Source of the DNA: Candidatus Zhuqueibacterota bacterium | GTDB taxonomy: Bacteria; Zhuqueibacterota; Zhuqueibacteria; Thermofontimicrobiales; Thermofontimicrobiaceae | DNA: 64,000 nucleotides | Direction: 5' to 3' | Assembly (NCBI GenBank): GCA_049322915.1 | Contig: JBMOPW010000032.1 | Location: 178,496 to 242,495, forward strand | In this document: positions 29,879 to 39,606 of the stretch, in pieces | How positions within the stretch are numbered: the stretch's first letter is position 1 | How the letters are laid out: each line of letters begins with the position of its first letter | Translations under genes and position numbers: made by a program | Notes under the pieces: generated by a model | Told to the model about the DNA's origin: nothing | The model's input: only the letters and a program-made list of their open reading frames with translations | Databases searched by the model: none

Positions 29879-30370
29879 TTATAATTTGGTCTGGTCAAAG
29901 ATTTCCACAAGCACGATCAACAGCCAGAATAGATAGGCCTCGTCCTGCTTGTTCAACGCATAATTGTCCGCAATGTCCTCAATGAGCATGTCCAATGCGT
30001 AACTGATGACCCCAATCTGCTTTATCTCGGGCTGTTTCTCGATGAAGTTATACGATTTCTCAATATCAAACTCATCGAATTTATCCAGCCAGAGTTCGCG
30101 TTTCTCCACAATATCCAGAATTTGGTTCGTTGAAATTTCTGATTGGGCATGCGGGAATGTCGATCTGAAAATAGCCCAGATGGTTCGGGTATAGTTATTT
30201 GTCAGTTCAGCTAATTCTGGATTCAGATGCTGATTGAACTTTTCAACAAATTCATGGATGTAGGGTTGCTCTTTTTTGAAATTTTCTTCAATCGCATTTA
30301 GCTCAGTAACTGTAGACCGACCGATTCGCATCCAAATTTCATCAACAGTTTTTCTGGGAATTAATTCCAT
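29879..30370 (-). CDS. Hypothetical protein
   Basis: 163-aa ORF with GGAGG RBS; no recognised motif. Confidence 0.7.
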   Translation of the reverse strand: MELIPRKTVDEIWMRIGRSTVTELNAIEENFKKEQPYIHEFVEKFNQHLNPELAELTNNYTRTIWAIFRSTFPHAQSEISTNQILDIVEKRELWLDKFDEFDIEKSYNFIEKQPEIKQIGVISYALDMLIEDIADNYALNKQDEAYLFWLLIVLVEIFDQTKL

Positions 30371-30598
30371 TTAACATTGCCTCCGTGTATCGATTCGGTA
30401 AAAGTATAACCGGAAATATGTATCTTACTGAAGTATCGGAAAAAAGTCGGAAAATATTAGTTACGGACCATGCGAAAGGGGATAGGAAATCATGCGGTCG
30501 TTAGCTGGAATGCCGGCCAGAAGCGATCCGATGGAAGTGGAAAAAGGATAACTATCAGGATACCGAATTGGGGAATAGGCTGCATGCCGGACGATGAA

Positions 30599-31060
30599 TT
30601 ACTTTTCAGTCAACGATTCAGGGAATTCCTTTTTCAATGTCCGGAGTAATTTCTGTGTGCTGGCCAGCGCCTGAAGCAATTGATCTTCTTCGTCCTCATC
30701 CTTTTCCTGCCTCAGGTTCCAGGCCTTTTTGAGGTTTTCAAAAATCAGGCTGGTCTTTTTTAGCAGAATGTCGCCTAATTCCTTTCGGTTCGGTTTTCGA
30801 CTTTTGAGCATCACTCGGGGACCAACGAAAAATCCAATCTGCTCCAGGTTCTCGATCTGTTCATTGAATAATACATTTTCATGACTATCAAAAACATCGA
30901 AGCGATTGTCCCTTTGAAGGATGATTAAAAACTCCTCAAATTGGATTTCGTCCAACTCCCCCATGAGACTGAGCTTCAACCAGATTTTCTTTATCGGGAC
31001 AATGAAATCGTGTTCTTCCTGAAGCAGTTGCTCTGCCAGATCCACGATGCGTGAACTCAT
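30599..31060 (-). CDS. Hypothetical helical protein
   Basis: 153-aa ORF with GAGG RBS; no recognised motif. Confidence 0.7.
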   Translation of the reverse strand: MSSRIVDLAEQLLQEEHDFIVPIKKIWLKLSLMGELDEIQFEEFLIILQRDNRFDVFDSHENVLFNEQIENLEQIGFFVGPRVMLKSRKPNRKELGDILLKKTSLIFENLKKAWNLRQEKDEDEEDQLLQALASTQKLLRTLKKEFPESLTEK

Positions 31061-31578
31061 TGTTACCTCTCTTCTTATTGATCTAACTGTGACACAAATG
31101 TGTCAAAAAAGTAATTCGCGCTACCACTAATATAGAAATATTACAATCAGTTTCAAGGATTTTTTCAGCTAAATTTTCAGAATTTTAAAACTGAAAATCC
31201 TTTTTTCTAAAATGTAATTTTCCAGCATGACTTCCGACCAGCTCACTCATTTCACATGGTAAATAATGCTTGATTTTTATTCAAATTATTTTAATTTTAA
31301 ATTTGCACAATGCGGAACGAGGACGATTGATTTCTTTGTTAAAGTGAATGACCAGTCTTAAGATTTCGGGAGAAAAATGGCTGATGCCAGACTCCTCCGG
31401 ACAGTTTTTAGATTACTGTTTTTTAAAATGGAGCTATCCCAACCAGACGTTGTGATTAATTCCGTGATTTATGATGGTGTTACATTTAAATAAACTCTGT
31501 TCAATAGGACTTTCACCCAAATAACTTTTAACCGGACATTCACCTACTGAACAGCCAGTCATTATTGAAGGGCCTGCA

Positions 31579-31968
31579 ATGGGATTAATATGCGCCATTT
31601 TAGCATCTGTGTACATCGTCGCCGTTTTTGTTTTTATCTGGGTGAGCATACGATTGGCCGGCTTCTCTCAGCAAAAAATATCCCATATTGCTTTTATGGC
31701 ATTGAACATTTTGATGGTTTCTTGGTTGGCCGGGATGGGGCTTGTCTTTGTCCCATTGGAATTGAAGCCGTTCATTCTGTTAATTGGAATGGCGCTCATT
31801 GTCCTCATCTTCATCCTTCTTTCGGATGAACAGGTTTTAAAAACGCTGATCGCCGGATTCGTTTTCATTTTTTGCCAGCTCTTCTTGCTCATGATCTTGT
31901 TGAGAGAGATATCAAACCGCGACCTGTTCCGACCGTTGCGAATATTTCTCTTTGAAAAATTTTATTGA
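31579..31968 (+). CDS. Hypothetical small membrane protein
   Basis: About 4 hydrophobic segments; start uncertain. Confidence 0.55.
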   Translation: MGLICAILASVYIVAVFVFIWVSIRLAGFSQQKISHIAFMALNILMVSWLAGMGLVFVPLELKPFILLIGMALIVLIFILLSDEQVLKTLIAGFVFIFCQLFLLMILLREISNRDLFRPLRIFLFEKFY

Positions 31969-32035
31969 GTCTTTCCAGTGCTTGCAACGGGGACCGAAAA
32001 ATGTAGTATCGTCACTTAATAAATTCAGGATCACT

Positions 32036-32998
32036 ATGTTCTATGTCGATAAATACGGCGTCCGAATTTTCGATAGCTCCTTCTGGCTGGACGCGCAGAG
32101 AAAGGTCCCTCTCTCCTTTGTTTCGCACGCTCACTCGGATCATGTTAAACCCCATAATGAAATTATAGCTACTCCGGCGACAATCAGTTTGGTGCAGCTC
32201 AGAAATTCCAAACTCAATGGCAGGCCCCTGCCGTATCATCAGAAATTGGATTTGGACGATTTCACCATTGAACTGTTTCCGTCCGGTCATATTCTAGGTT
32301 CAGCGCAGATTCTCATTCGGAAGAATGGCGCTTCGCTACTTTATAGCGGCGATTTTCGCCAGGGCGAGAGTTTGACGGCCGAAGCGATGGAATTTACTCG
32401 AGCGGATATTTTGATCATGGAGAGCACTTTCGGTGATCCGAAATTTGTCTTTCCAAAGCGGTGGATGATAATTGAACGGTTGGTGAAATTCATTGATAAG
32501 TGTTTCCATCATGGCGTTGTGCCGGTCATTATGGGGTATGCGATTGGCAAAGCCCAGGAAATTATCAAGATTTTGATTAACCTCGATTACCAGGTTTCGG
32601 TTCATGCGACCATTGCGCCGATTTTAAAAGTGTACGAGCAGTATGGCATCGACTTCAAAAATTATCAGGTCTATCAGGGCGAGGACTTGCGCGGAAGGGT
32701 GCTTGTGATTCCGCCCCATTTGTCGCGGAGCCATCTCATTGAAAAAATCTGGAAAAGTAAAAAGCTGATTCTCACCGGGTGGGCTGCATCGCCTGATGCC
32801 AGGTACCGGTATCATGCGGACGAGGCATTGCCCTTCAGCGATCATGCTGATTTTGAACAGCTCATAGAATATGTGCATCGGGTTCAACCCCAGCAGGTAT
32901 TTGTAACCCACGGCGATAATAATTTCATCCAACATCTCAGACGAGAAGGATTCCAGGCCAGTCCTTTGAAAGAGACAAATCAAATGACCCTGTTTTAA
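32036..32998 (+). CDS. Metallo-beta-lactamase/beta-CASP nuclease
   Basis: SHAHSDH, SGHILGS, YSGDF, MESTFG, FSDHAD, VTHG. Confidence 0.88.
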   Translation: MFYVDKYGVRIFDSSFWLDAQRKVPLSFVSHAHSDHVKPHNEIIATPATISLVQLRNSKLNGRPLPYHQKLDLDDFTIELFPSGHILGSAQILIRKNGASLLYSGDFRQGESLTAEAMEFTRADILIMESTFGDPKFVFPKRWMIIERLVKFIDKCFHHGVVPVIMGYAIGKAQEIIKILINLDYQVSVHATIAPILKVYEQYGIDFKNYQVYQGEDLRGRVLVIPPHLSRSHLIEKIWKSKKLILTGWAASPDARYRYHADEALPFSDHADFEQLIEYVHRVQPQQVFVTHGDNNFIQHLRREGFQASPLKETNQMTLF

Positions 32999-33249
32999 TC
33001 CCTCAGACGGAGGGGACTGTTGCGCGTCATCGCGGATAAGTTATAGAAAATATTTTGCCAATCAGGTTTGTATCTGTTCGTGGCGGCGCCGGCAGAATGA
33101 AACCGGATGCTCTCTCTGAGCAGGGCCAGTTTCATGCAGTTCCAAGTCGTTTGTTTACTGCGATGGAAACGATCTGACGATATGGTTCGAGATAAGTTGC
33201 CTCATCATAATTTTCACAGCGTCAATTTTTACGTGCGAGGAAAAGAAGC

Positions 33250-35802
33250 GTGGCGATTCGTGTTGATGATTATTTATCACCTTCTGCGGTGGCTGAGATG
33301 AGGGTGACGATTGCAAATGCGGATGAAAACGAGGTGTTTTTCGTAGGCAAAACGAATGATAAGAATATCGTCGAAAACATTGCGCCGTTCGCCCGTGGAA
33401 ATCAATCTGCTGTGCCGATAGTGAAGGAGATAGCAGAGCGGGGTGATGTCGTGGTTCACAATCATCCTTCAGGCGTACTCATTCCCTCCCAAAACGATCT
33501 CTTCATTGCTGCGGAATTATCGGATATGGGAATCGCGAGCTATATCGTCAATAATACTGTGGACAAAATTTATGTCATCATCGAGCCATTCTCAAAGTCG
33601 ACGAAAGTCCCCATTGATAAAGCGAAATTGTGTGACATGTTAGCACCGGGAGGTGTAGTTGCGCAACGGCTTGCAGGGTATGAATATCGTCCGCAGCAAA
33701 TTGAAATGATTGAGCACATCGTCGATGCCTTCAATTCAGAGAAAATAGCTGCTGTAGAAGCCGGCACCGGGGTCGGAAAATCGATGGCCTATCTCATTCC
33801 GGCAATATATTGGTCCATTACGAACAATGAGAGGTGCGTTGTCTCAACGAACACCATCAATCTTCAGGAACAGTTGATTCACAAGGATATTCCCTTTTTG
33901 CAGAAGGCGTTGGACGTGAAATTCAATGCGATCCTTGTCAAAGGCAGAGGCAACTATATCTGCCTGCGAAAGCTGAATTCATTACAAAGAAATCAGGAGT
34001 CGCTATTTCCTGAAGCGGAGTTGCAGGAAATTCAGGCGTTGGCTGAATGGGCTGAGGTTACTCCAGACGGCAGCAAATCGGATTTGAATTTTATGCCAAA
34101 AAGCAGTGTGTGGGAGAATGTGTGCGCTGAAAGCGATAGTTGTCTGAGGTCGTTTTGCCCGTATTTCAAAAGATGTTTTGTCTACAAAGCGAAACGTCGG
34201 GCAAATAAGGCGCATATCCTGATTGTGAACCATCATTTACTCTTTTCAGATCTGGCTGTGAAATCCCTCGGATTTGAAATTGCTGTCCTGCCAAAATACC
34301 ACCATGTCATTTTTGATGAAGCGCATAATATCGAGGAAATTGCCACAGACTACTTTGGTTTTGGGGTGACTCGGACCGGAATTAACCGGGTATTCCATCG
34401 CCTGCATCATCGCAAAGAAGGAAAAAATCTTGGCTATTTAAATCTATTGGATAAAAAGCTGTCAGCAGCGCTCGATGAACGTCCGTACACGCCGTTTCAG
34501 AAAATCGTGGATCGAATTCAGTTGGAGCTTTTATCATTATCTGAAACGCTGTACGACCAGAACAATGAAGTCATGCAGACCATGTTCAATCACCTCAACA
34601 CCTATGGCCAGGCGCAGCAAATGGAAAATCGGTTCCGGATTGATACCGATAATTTTTCAAACACGGAGTGGCGTCGAGATGTTTTGGCAGAGGTGAATAA
34701 ATTTCTATCAGCATTGGAGCGTTTTTACAGCAGTCTGGTCTTTATGTTGAATTCAATGGATAGTGTGGACATTGTTCTGAGCGAGGACATTCTTTCAACA
34801 AAAATTGATATCGACAGCCAGGCGCTGCGCATCAAGGCCATCATGGATTCTATGAAACGAATCCTCCTGACTTCAGATGAAGAAAACGTGCGCTGGATCG
34901 AAACGAAAAGGATGAGTTCCGGCAATGACATCGTTCGGTTGCGGTTGGCCCCATTGAATATCTCGGATCAGATGAAGGAGTTTGTGTTTGAGAAATTTAA
35001 AACGATCATATTGACCTCCGCGACGCTCACTGTAAGCGGACTGAAACATGGCGATGAGTTCAGCTTTCTCTCCAGACAGATCGGATTGGATCAACTGAAG
35101 CCTGCGCAGATAAACAAAGTGAAAATTCCCCCATCGTTTGATTTTAAAAATCAGGTGATCATGGCCATTCCGACAGATGTTCCTGATGTGGATGATCGGA
35201 AATATTCGGAAGAACTGGCGGATATTATTTTTCGCGCGCTGCTCGTCAGTGGAGGACGGGCGTTTGTCCTGTTCACATCCTATGGAATTCTGAATCAAGT
35301 CTATCAGATGCTGGAGCCAAAGCTCGCCAGGCAGCGAATTGCGTCATTGAAACAGGGACAAATCGACCGCCATCATCTGCTGCAGCAATTTAAAAAAGAT
35401 ACCACCAGCGTTTTGTTCGGCACTGATAGTTTCTGGCAGGGCGTGGATGTCGAAGGCGAGGCGCTGGAATCGGTCATTATCACCAAGCTGCCCTTCAGAG
35501 TGCCGACCGATCCCATTATTGAAGCGCGGATTCAAGCGATCGAGCGGAATGGCGGGAATGCTTTTATGGAATACAGCGTGCCACAGGCGGTGATAAAACT
35601 CAAACAAGGTTTTGGTCGACTCATTCGGAAAAAAACGGACCGGGGTTCTGTTTTTATTCTGGATAAAAGGATTCTTGAGAAATTTTACGGACGAATTTTT
35701 CTTCAGTCTCTCCCAAATGCACAACTCGTCACTGGACCCTCACTTACGGTGCTTCAGTCGGTTGAACAATTTTTCAAGGCATTCCGAAATAATCAATCGT
35801 AG
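33250..35802 (+). CDS. DinG/YoaA family Fe-S helicase with N-terminal JAB/MPN (RadC-like) domain
   Basis: HNHPSG..PS..D JAMM motif; AGTGVGKS, DEAH, SATL, QGFGRLIR; Fe-S cysteines. Confidence 0.88.
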   Translation: MAIRVDDYLSPSAVAEMRVTIANADENEVFFVGKTNDKNIVENIAPFARGNQSAVPIVKEIAERGDVVVHNHPSGVLIPSQNDLFIAAELSDMGIASYIVNNTVDKIYVIIEPFSKSTKVPIDKAKLCDMLAPGGVVAQRLAGYEYRPQQIEMIEHIVDAFNSEKIAAVEAGTGVGKSMAYLIPAIYWSITNNERCVVSTNTINLQEQLIHKDIPFLQKALDVKFNAILVKGRGNYICLRKLNSLQRNQESLFPEAELQEIQALAEWAEVTPDGSKSDLNFMPKSSVWENVCAESDSCLRSFCPYFKRCFVYKAKRRANKAHILIVNHHLLFSDLAVKSLGFEIAVLPKYHHVIFDEAHNIEEIATDYFGFGVTRTGINRVFHRLHHRKEGKNLGYLNLLDKKLSAALDERPYTPFQKIVDRIQLELLSLSETLYDQNNEVMQTMFNHLNTYGQAQQMENRFRIDTDNFSNTEWRRDVLAEVNKFLSALERFYSSLVFMLNSMDSVDIVLSEDILSTKIDIDSQALRIKAIMDSMKRILLTSDEENVRWIETKRMSSGNDIVRLRLAPLNISDQMKEFVFEKFKTIILTSATLTVSGLKHGDEFSFLSRQIGLDQLKPAQINKVKIPPSFDFKNQVIMAIPTDVPDVDDRKYSEELADIIFRALLVSGGRAFVLFTSYGILNQVYQMLEPKLARQRIASLKQGQIDRHHLLQQFKKDTTSVLFGTDSFWQGVDVEGEALESVIITKLPFRVPTDPIIEARIQAIERNGGNAFMEYSVPQAVIKLKQGFGRLIRKKTDRGSVFILDKRILEKFYGRIFLQSLPNAQLVTGPSLTVLQSVEQFFKAFRNNQS

Positions 35803-36623
35803 TTACACATGGACTTTTCGAGGCGGAATTGAAATGCCGCTCAACCGGGATGTTTCATCGCCCGCAGATCGCGCAGACAGTTAAGATCAGAAAACTGGAG
35901 TCTTTTCGACCTGATCTGAAACTTTGCAGCGACTGTTCACAGGCCAAGCCCGAGCGTCGGTCGTTCCCATCGCTGTATCCGAGGCGAAGCGCATAATATC
36001 GTCGGGAAAAAGTGTTTCAAAATAAAACGAATAGTGCATCGATTCATTCGAAACTAGAAATTCGAGATAACTTCTGCACCGATGGTTTTCAGAGAGTGTG
36101 GCAATCTGACATAAAAACGGTAGAATAAAGTTGCCTAACATTTGAATGGATTGATTTTTCACATTGTTTTCAATCGTCAGAAGTGTATTATTGATGCACG
36201 CAGTTTTGAAATAGTACATTGAGATGAGTCGCATTGAAACAAATTTTTAAATCGAGAAGAGTAGTTACAATAAATTAAACTAATCCTAATAATATTTTTT
36301 ATTTGTTGTCGATAATGAATTTGTTGTGGGTCATCAGGAAAATTTTGGACAACAGCTAAAATGCAAAGAACAGATGATCGCAGGATAACTCAAATAAAAA
36401 TAGCCTGAAAAAAGAGTGTGAATGGTAGTTAGATTTCAATTCCTGTGCTGCCTGACAGGCTGCATATTAATTTCATGATGCATGACAATGAAAAAATATG
36501 GGATGACACATTAATTATGTGTAACATTTTTGAATAATGGTTTAACAGGAATGATAATTGCAATGCGAAGAATGTTGTACTGAGTACGGGGGGTAAGTTA
36601 TAATATAAGCAAGGGAACGAGTT

Positions 36624-37913
36624 ATGAAAAGCAATTTGATGGTGCGAGTTAACATGAAACAGTATGGACCCTTAACCCAAACTGAACTACGTACTCTGGT
36701 GAAAAAAGGGAAGTTCACTCTCAATGATTACGTTTGGGACGAGGAAGATAGCGAATGGGTAAAGGCCGAGCAGATCGAGCAACTGAAAAAGCTTTTCAGT
36801 ATGGATACGCTGGAAAATTCAGAACGAAAGGTGATAGCCATTGGCAGTGGAAAAGGAGGTGTCGGAAAGACTGTATTCACGGCTTCTCTCGGGGTTGGTC
36901 TGGCTGCATTGGGGAAAGAAGTAATTTTAATCGATGCTGATTTCGGTGGAGCGAATCTTCACACGTGCATGGGATTGTTGGAACCCAAGTACACGTTTCT
37001 CGATTATTACACCATGGAACGTGAGTCGCTCGACGACATTATTCTGGATTCTCCGATAGAGAATTTGAAACTGATCAGCGGGGCCTGTGGCACATTGGGA
37101 ATGGCCAATCCAAAATACACGCAAAAACAGCGGTTCATCAAGGAATTGCGGGACCTGCAGGCTGACTATATCATCATCGATTTGGGAGCGGGTACTTCGT
37201 ACAATGTGATCGATTTTTTCCTGGCCGTTGACGAAGGGATTGTGGTCACGACTCCGGATCCCATGGCCATTCAGGAAGCCTTTGAATTTATCAAATTATG
37301 TCTGATTCGCAAGTTGCAGCAAACATTTAAAAACGAACCTGAAGTATTATCCATCCTTGAAATTGAAGGATTCAATAACCTGGCGCAGTTCAATGCCCCT
37401 GTTTCCGAGTTGTTGGCGCGCGCAGAAAAGACAGGACAGGCGCTTGTCTCCCGTGTGGAAGAAGTGTTGAATGCGTTCCGGCCAAAACTGATTTTAAACA
37501 TGGTCATGGAACCGGATGAGATCAAGGAGGGAATGTCTATCCGCACTGCGGTAGGTGAGTTACTATCCATTGATGTGGACTATGTCGGGTATATCGAATA
37601 CGATGAAAAAATGCGTCAGTCAGTCAAAGACCTGCGGCCGTTTATTTTGCACCATCCAAATTCTCCGGCCGCACGAAGCATTGCAAAAATCATTACACTC
37701 AAATTGTTCAAAGACAGCAAATTCAAGTCAATCATGCACAACTGGCGCATGCGACAGAATATTCAACAGCAGGCGAATGGCTATCCCGCGGCGCAGGAAC
37801 AACAGAACAACACAATTTGTTCGGTAAACTGTTTTTATTGGGACGATTGCGAATTTCAAAATGGCGGAATGCCCTGCCGAATACGTCATCTGGAGCCCAT
37901 TTTCAAAATCTGA
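36624..37913 (+). CDS. MinD/FlhG-like ATPase with N-terminal GYF_2 (DUF4339)-like domain and C-terminal Cys4 motif
   Basis: QYGPLT..EL...W...W; SGKGGVGKT; IDADFGGANLH; IIDLGAG; CSVNCFYWDDC...C. Confidence 0.8.
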   Translation: MKSNLMVRVNMKQYGPLTQTELRTLVKKGKFTLNDYVWDEEDSEWVKAEQIEQLKKLFSMDTLENSERKVIAIGSGKGGVGKTVFTASLGVGLAALGKEVILIDADFGGANLHTCMGLLEPKYTFLDYYTMERESLDDIILDSPIENLKLISGACGTLGMANPKYTQKQRFIKELRDLQADYIIIDLGAGTSYNVIDFFLAVDEGIVVTTPDPMAIQEAFEFIKLCLIRKLQQTFKNEPEVLSILEIEGFNNLAQFNAPVSELLARAEKTGQALVSRVEEVLNAFRPKLILNMVMEPDEIKEGMSIRTAVGELLSIDVDYVGYIEYDEKMRQSVKDLRPFILHHPNSPAARSIAKIITLKLFKDSKFKSIMHNWRMRQNIQQQANGYPAAQEQQNNTICSVNCFYWDDCEFQNGGMPCRIRHLEPIFKI

Positions 37914-37942
37914 GACGGTTCATATAAAACGATTGGACTAAC

Positions 37943-37978
37943 GAACCAGGAATGATAGCCATTTCTGGTTCTTTTTTT
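37943..37978 (+). terminator. Intrinsic terminator
   Basis: GAACCAGGAATG-ATAGC-CATTTCTGGTTC followed by a T run. Confidence 0.75.
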
Positions 37979-38240
37979 GTCCCTCGACGAAAGCAATCTA
38001 AATACTTTCTGTCTGCTCTTGAATGTCAATTGCCCACGGTGCCGACAAATCCGATGCTCATCCGTGTCAGCGCAACAGCGCAGGCAGAGCCTCGGTTCGG
38101 GTCTCTTCAATCGAACATAAATTTTTCCTTCCTTCCTCCGATGATAAGCAAATAATAATAAGAAAACTCTTTTTTTTTGAATGATAAATTCTTATATTCG
38201 GAATCCCAATTTGACATAAAACAGGAAGGTAGATTCGTCA

Positions 38241-39572
38241 ATGAATAAAACGATGCGCGCAGACGCCCTGAAAATTTTTAAATCCTCGCTGGATGCTGTT
38301 GACCCGGTTGCCGCGGTAAAAAAATTCCTGATAAAAAAGAACAGGACTGTGTCTGTCCAGGATCAATCCTTTTCGCTGGCCTCATTTGACGACGTGTACG
38401 TGATTGGTTTTGGCAAGGCAGCCGCAGCGATGGCAAAGGGTGTGGAGCAGGTTCTCGGCGATGATTTGAAACAGGGAATTATCAGCGTGAAATACGGCCA
38501 TCTCGATGAAGTTACATCCAGAATAAAAATCAATGAGGCGGCGCATCCAGTGCCGGATGAAGCGGGCGTTGCCGGCGCTACGGAGATAATTGAATTCCTG
38601 AAACAGCGAGGAGAACGGGATCTAGTTTTCTGTGTAATTTCAGGCGGGGGCTCTGCAATTTTCCCTCTGCCGTGCGAAGGGATTACTCTGGCTGAGAAGC
38701 AGGAAACGACCCGGCAGTTGCTTTCGTGCGGAGCGGACATTAAAGAAATCAACGCCATCCGAAAACATATTTCGCGCGTGAAAGGGGGGCAACTGACGCG
38801 GGTTGCCTATCCTGCGACGCTGGTGACGCTCATTCTATCCGATGTCATTGGCGATCCGCTCGATAGCATCGCCTCGGGACCGACGGTGGCGGATCGCTCC
38901 ACTTTTCAGGAGTGCCAGGCAATTCTTGAAAAATACCGGTTAGCGGGCAAAATACCTAAAGCAGTTGAGTCTCATCTCAGAAATGGCGCTGCGGGACAAA
39001 TTCCGGATACGCCGAAGGAGGGTGATCCCGCCTTCAGCCGAACTCATAATTTTATCATTGGCAGCAATTGGGAGGCGGTGCAATCGGCGCAACGCTGCGC
39101 GGAAAGTCTGGGCTACCGTACGTTCGTGTTATCAACCTTCATCGAGGGAGAAACGAAAGACGTGGCCCGGGTGCATGCGGCCATTGCCAAAGAAATTAAA
39201 AAGACAGGCAATCCCGTTGCTGCTCCAGCCTGCGTTATTTCCGGCGGGGAAACAACAGTGACGCTGCGCGGTGATGGCCTGGGTGGCCGCAATCAGGAAT
39301 TCGTTCTGGCGGCTGCCATGGATATTAAAGGCATGGAGAACGTCGTTGTTCTCAGCGCCGGCACAGACGGCACTGATGGCCCAACCGATGCAGCCGGCGC
39401 CATCGCCGACGGCGAGACAATTGTTCGCTCCGAAAGCATGGGATTAAAAGCGCTCGAATACCTCCAGCGCAATGATTCCTACACCTATTTCAATATATTG
39501 GGCGACCTGATCAAAACCGGGCCGACGAACACGAACGTGATGGATATTCGGTTATTGCTCGTGCGAAAATAG
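38241..39572 (+). CDS. Glycerate 2-kinase (MOFRL family)
   Basis: GKAAAAM, AAHPVPD, ISGGGSA, IASGPT, GGETTV, GGRNQE, TDGTDG, TNVMD. Confidence 0.93.
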   Translation: MNKTMRADALKIFKSSLDAVDPVAAVKKFLIKKNRTVSVQDQSFSLASFDDVYVIGFGKAAAAMAKGVEQVLGDDLKQGIISVKYGHLDEVTSRIKINEAAHPVPDEAGVAGATEIIEFLKQRGERDLVFCVISGGGSAIFPLPCEGITLAEKQETTRQLLSCGADIKEINAIRKHISRVKGGQLTRVAYPATLVTLILSDVIGDPLDSIASGPTVADRSTFQECQAILEKYRLAGKIPKAVESHLRNGAAGQIPDTPKEGDPAFSRTHNFIIGSNWEAVQSAQRCAESLGYRTFVLSTFIEGETKDVARVHAAIAKEIKKTGNPVAAPACVISGGETTVTLRGDGLGGRNQEFVLAAAMDIKGMENVVVLSAGTDGTDGPTDAAGAIADGETIVRSESMGLKALEYLQRNDSYTYFNILGDLIKTGPTNTNVMDIRLLLVRK

Positions 39573-39606
39573 AGATGATCGGAGATTTTGCTAAGGTAGC
39601 ATCAAA

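Noticed and set aside
35887..36234. 115-aa minus-strand ORF
   Set aside because: No RBS or motif and atypical composition; probably intergenic, though not excluded
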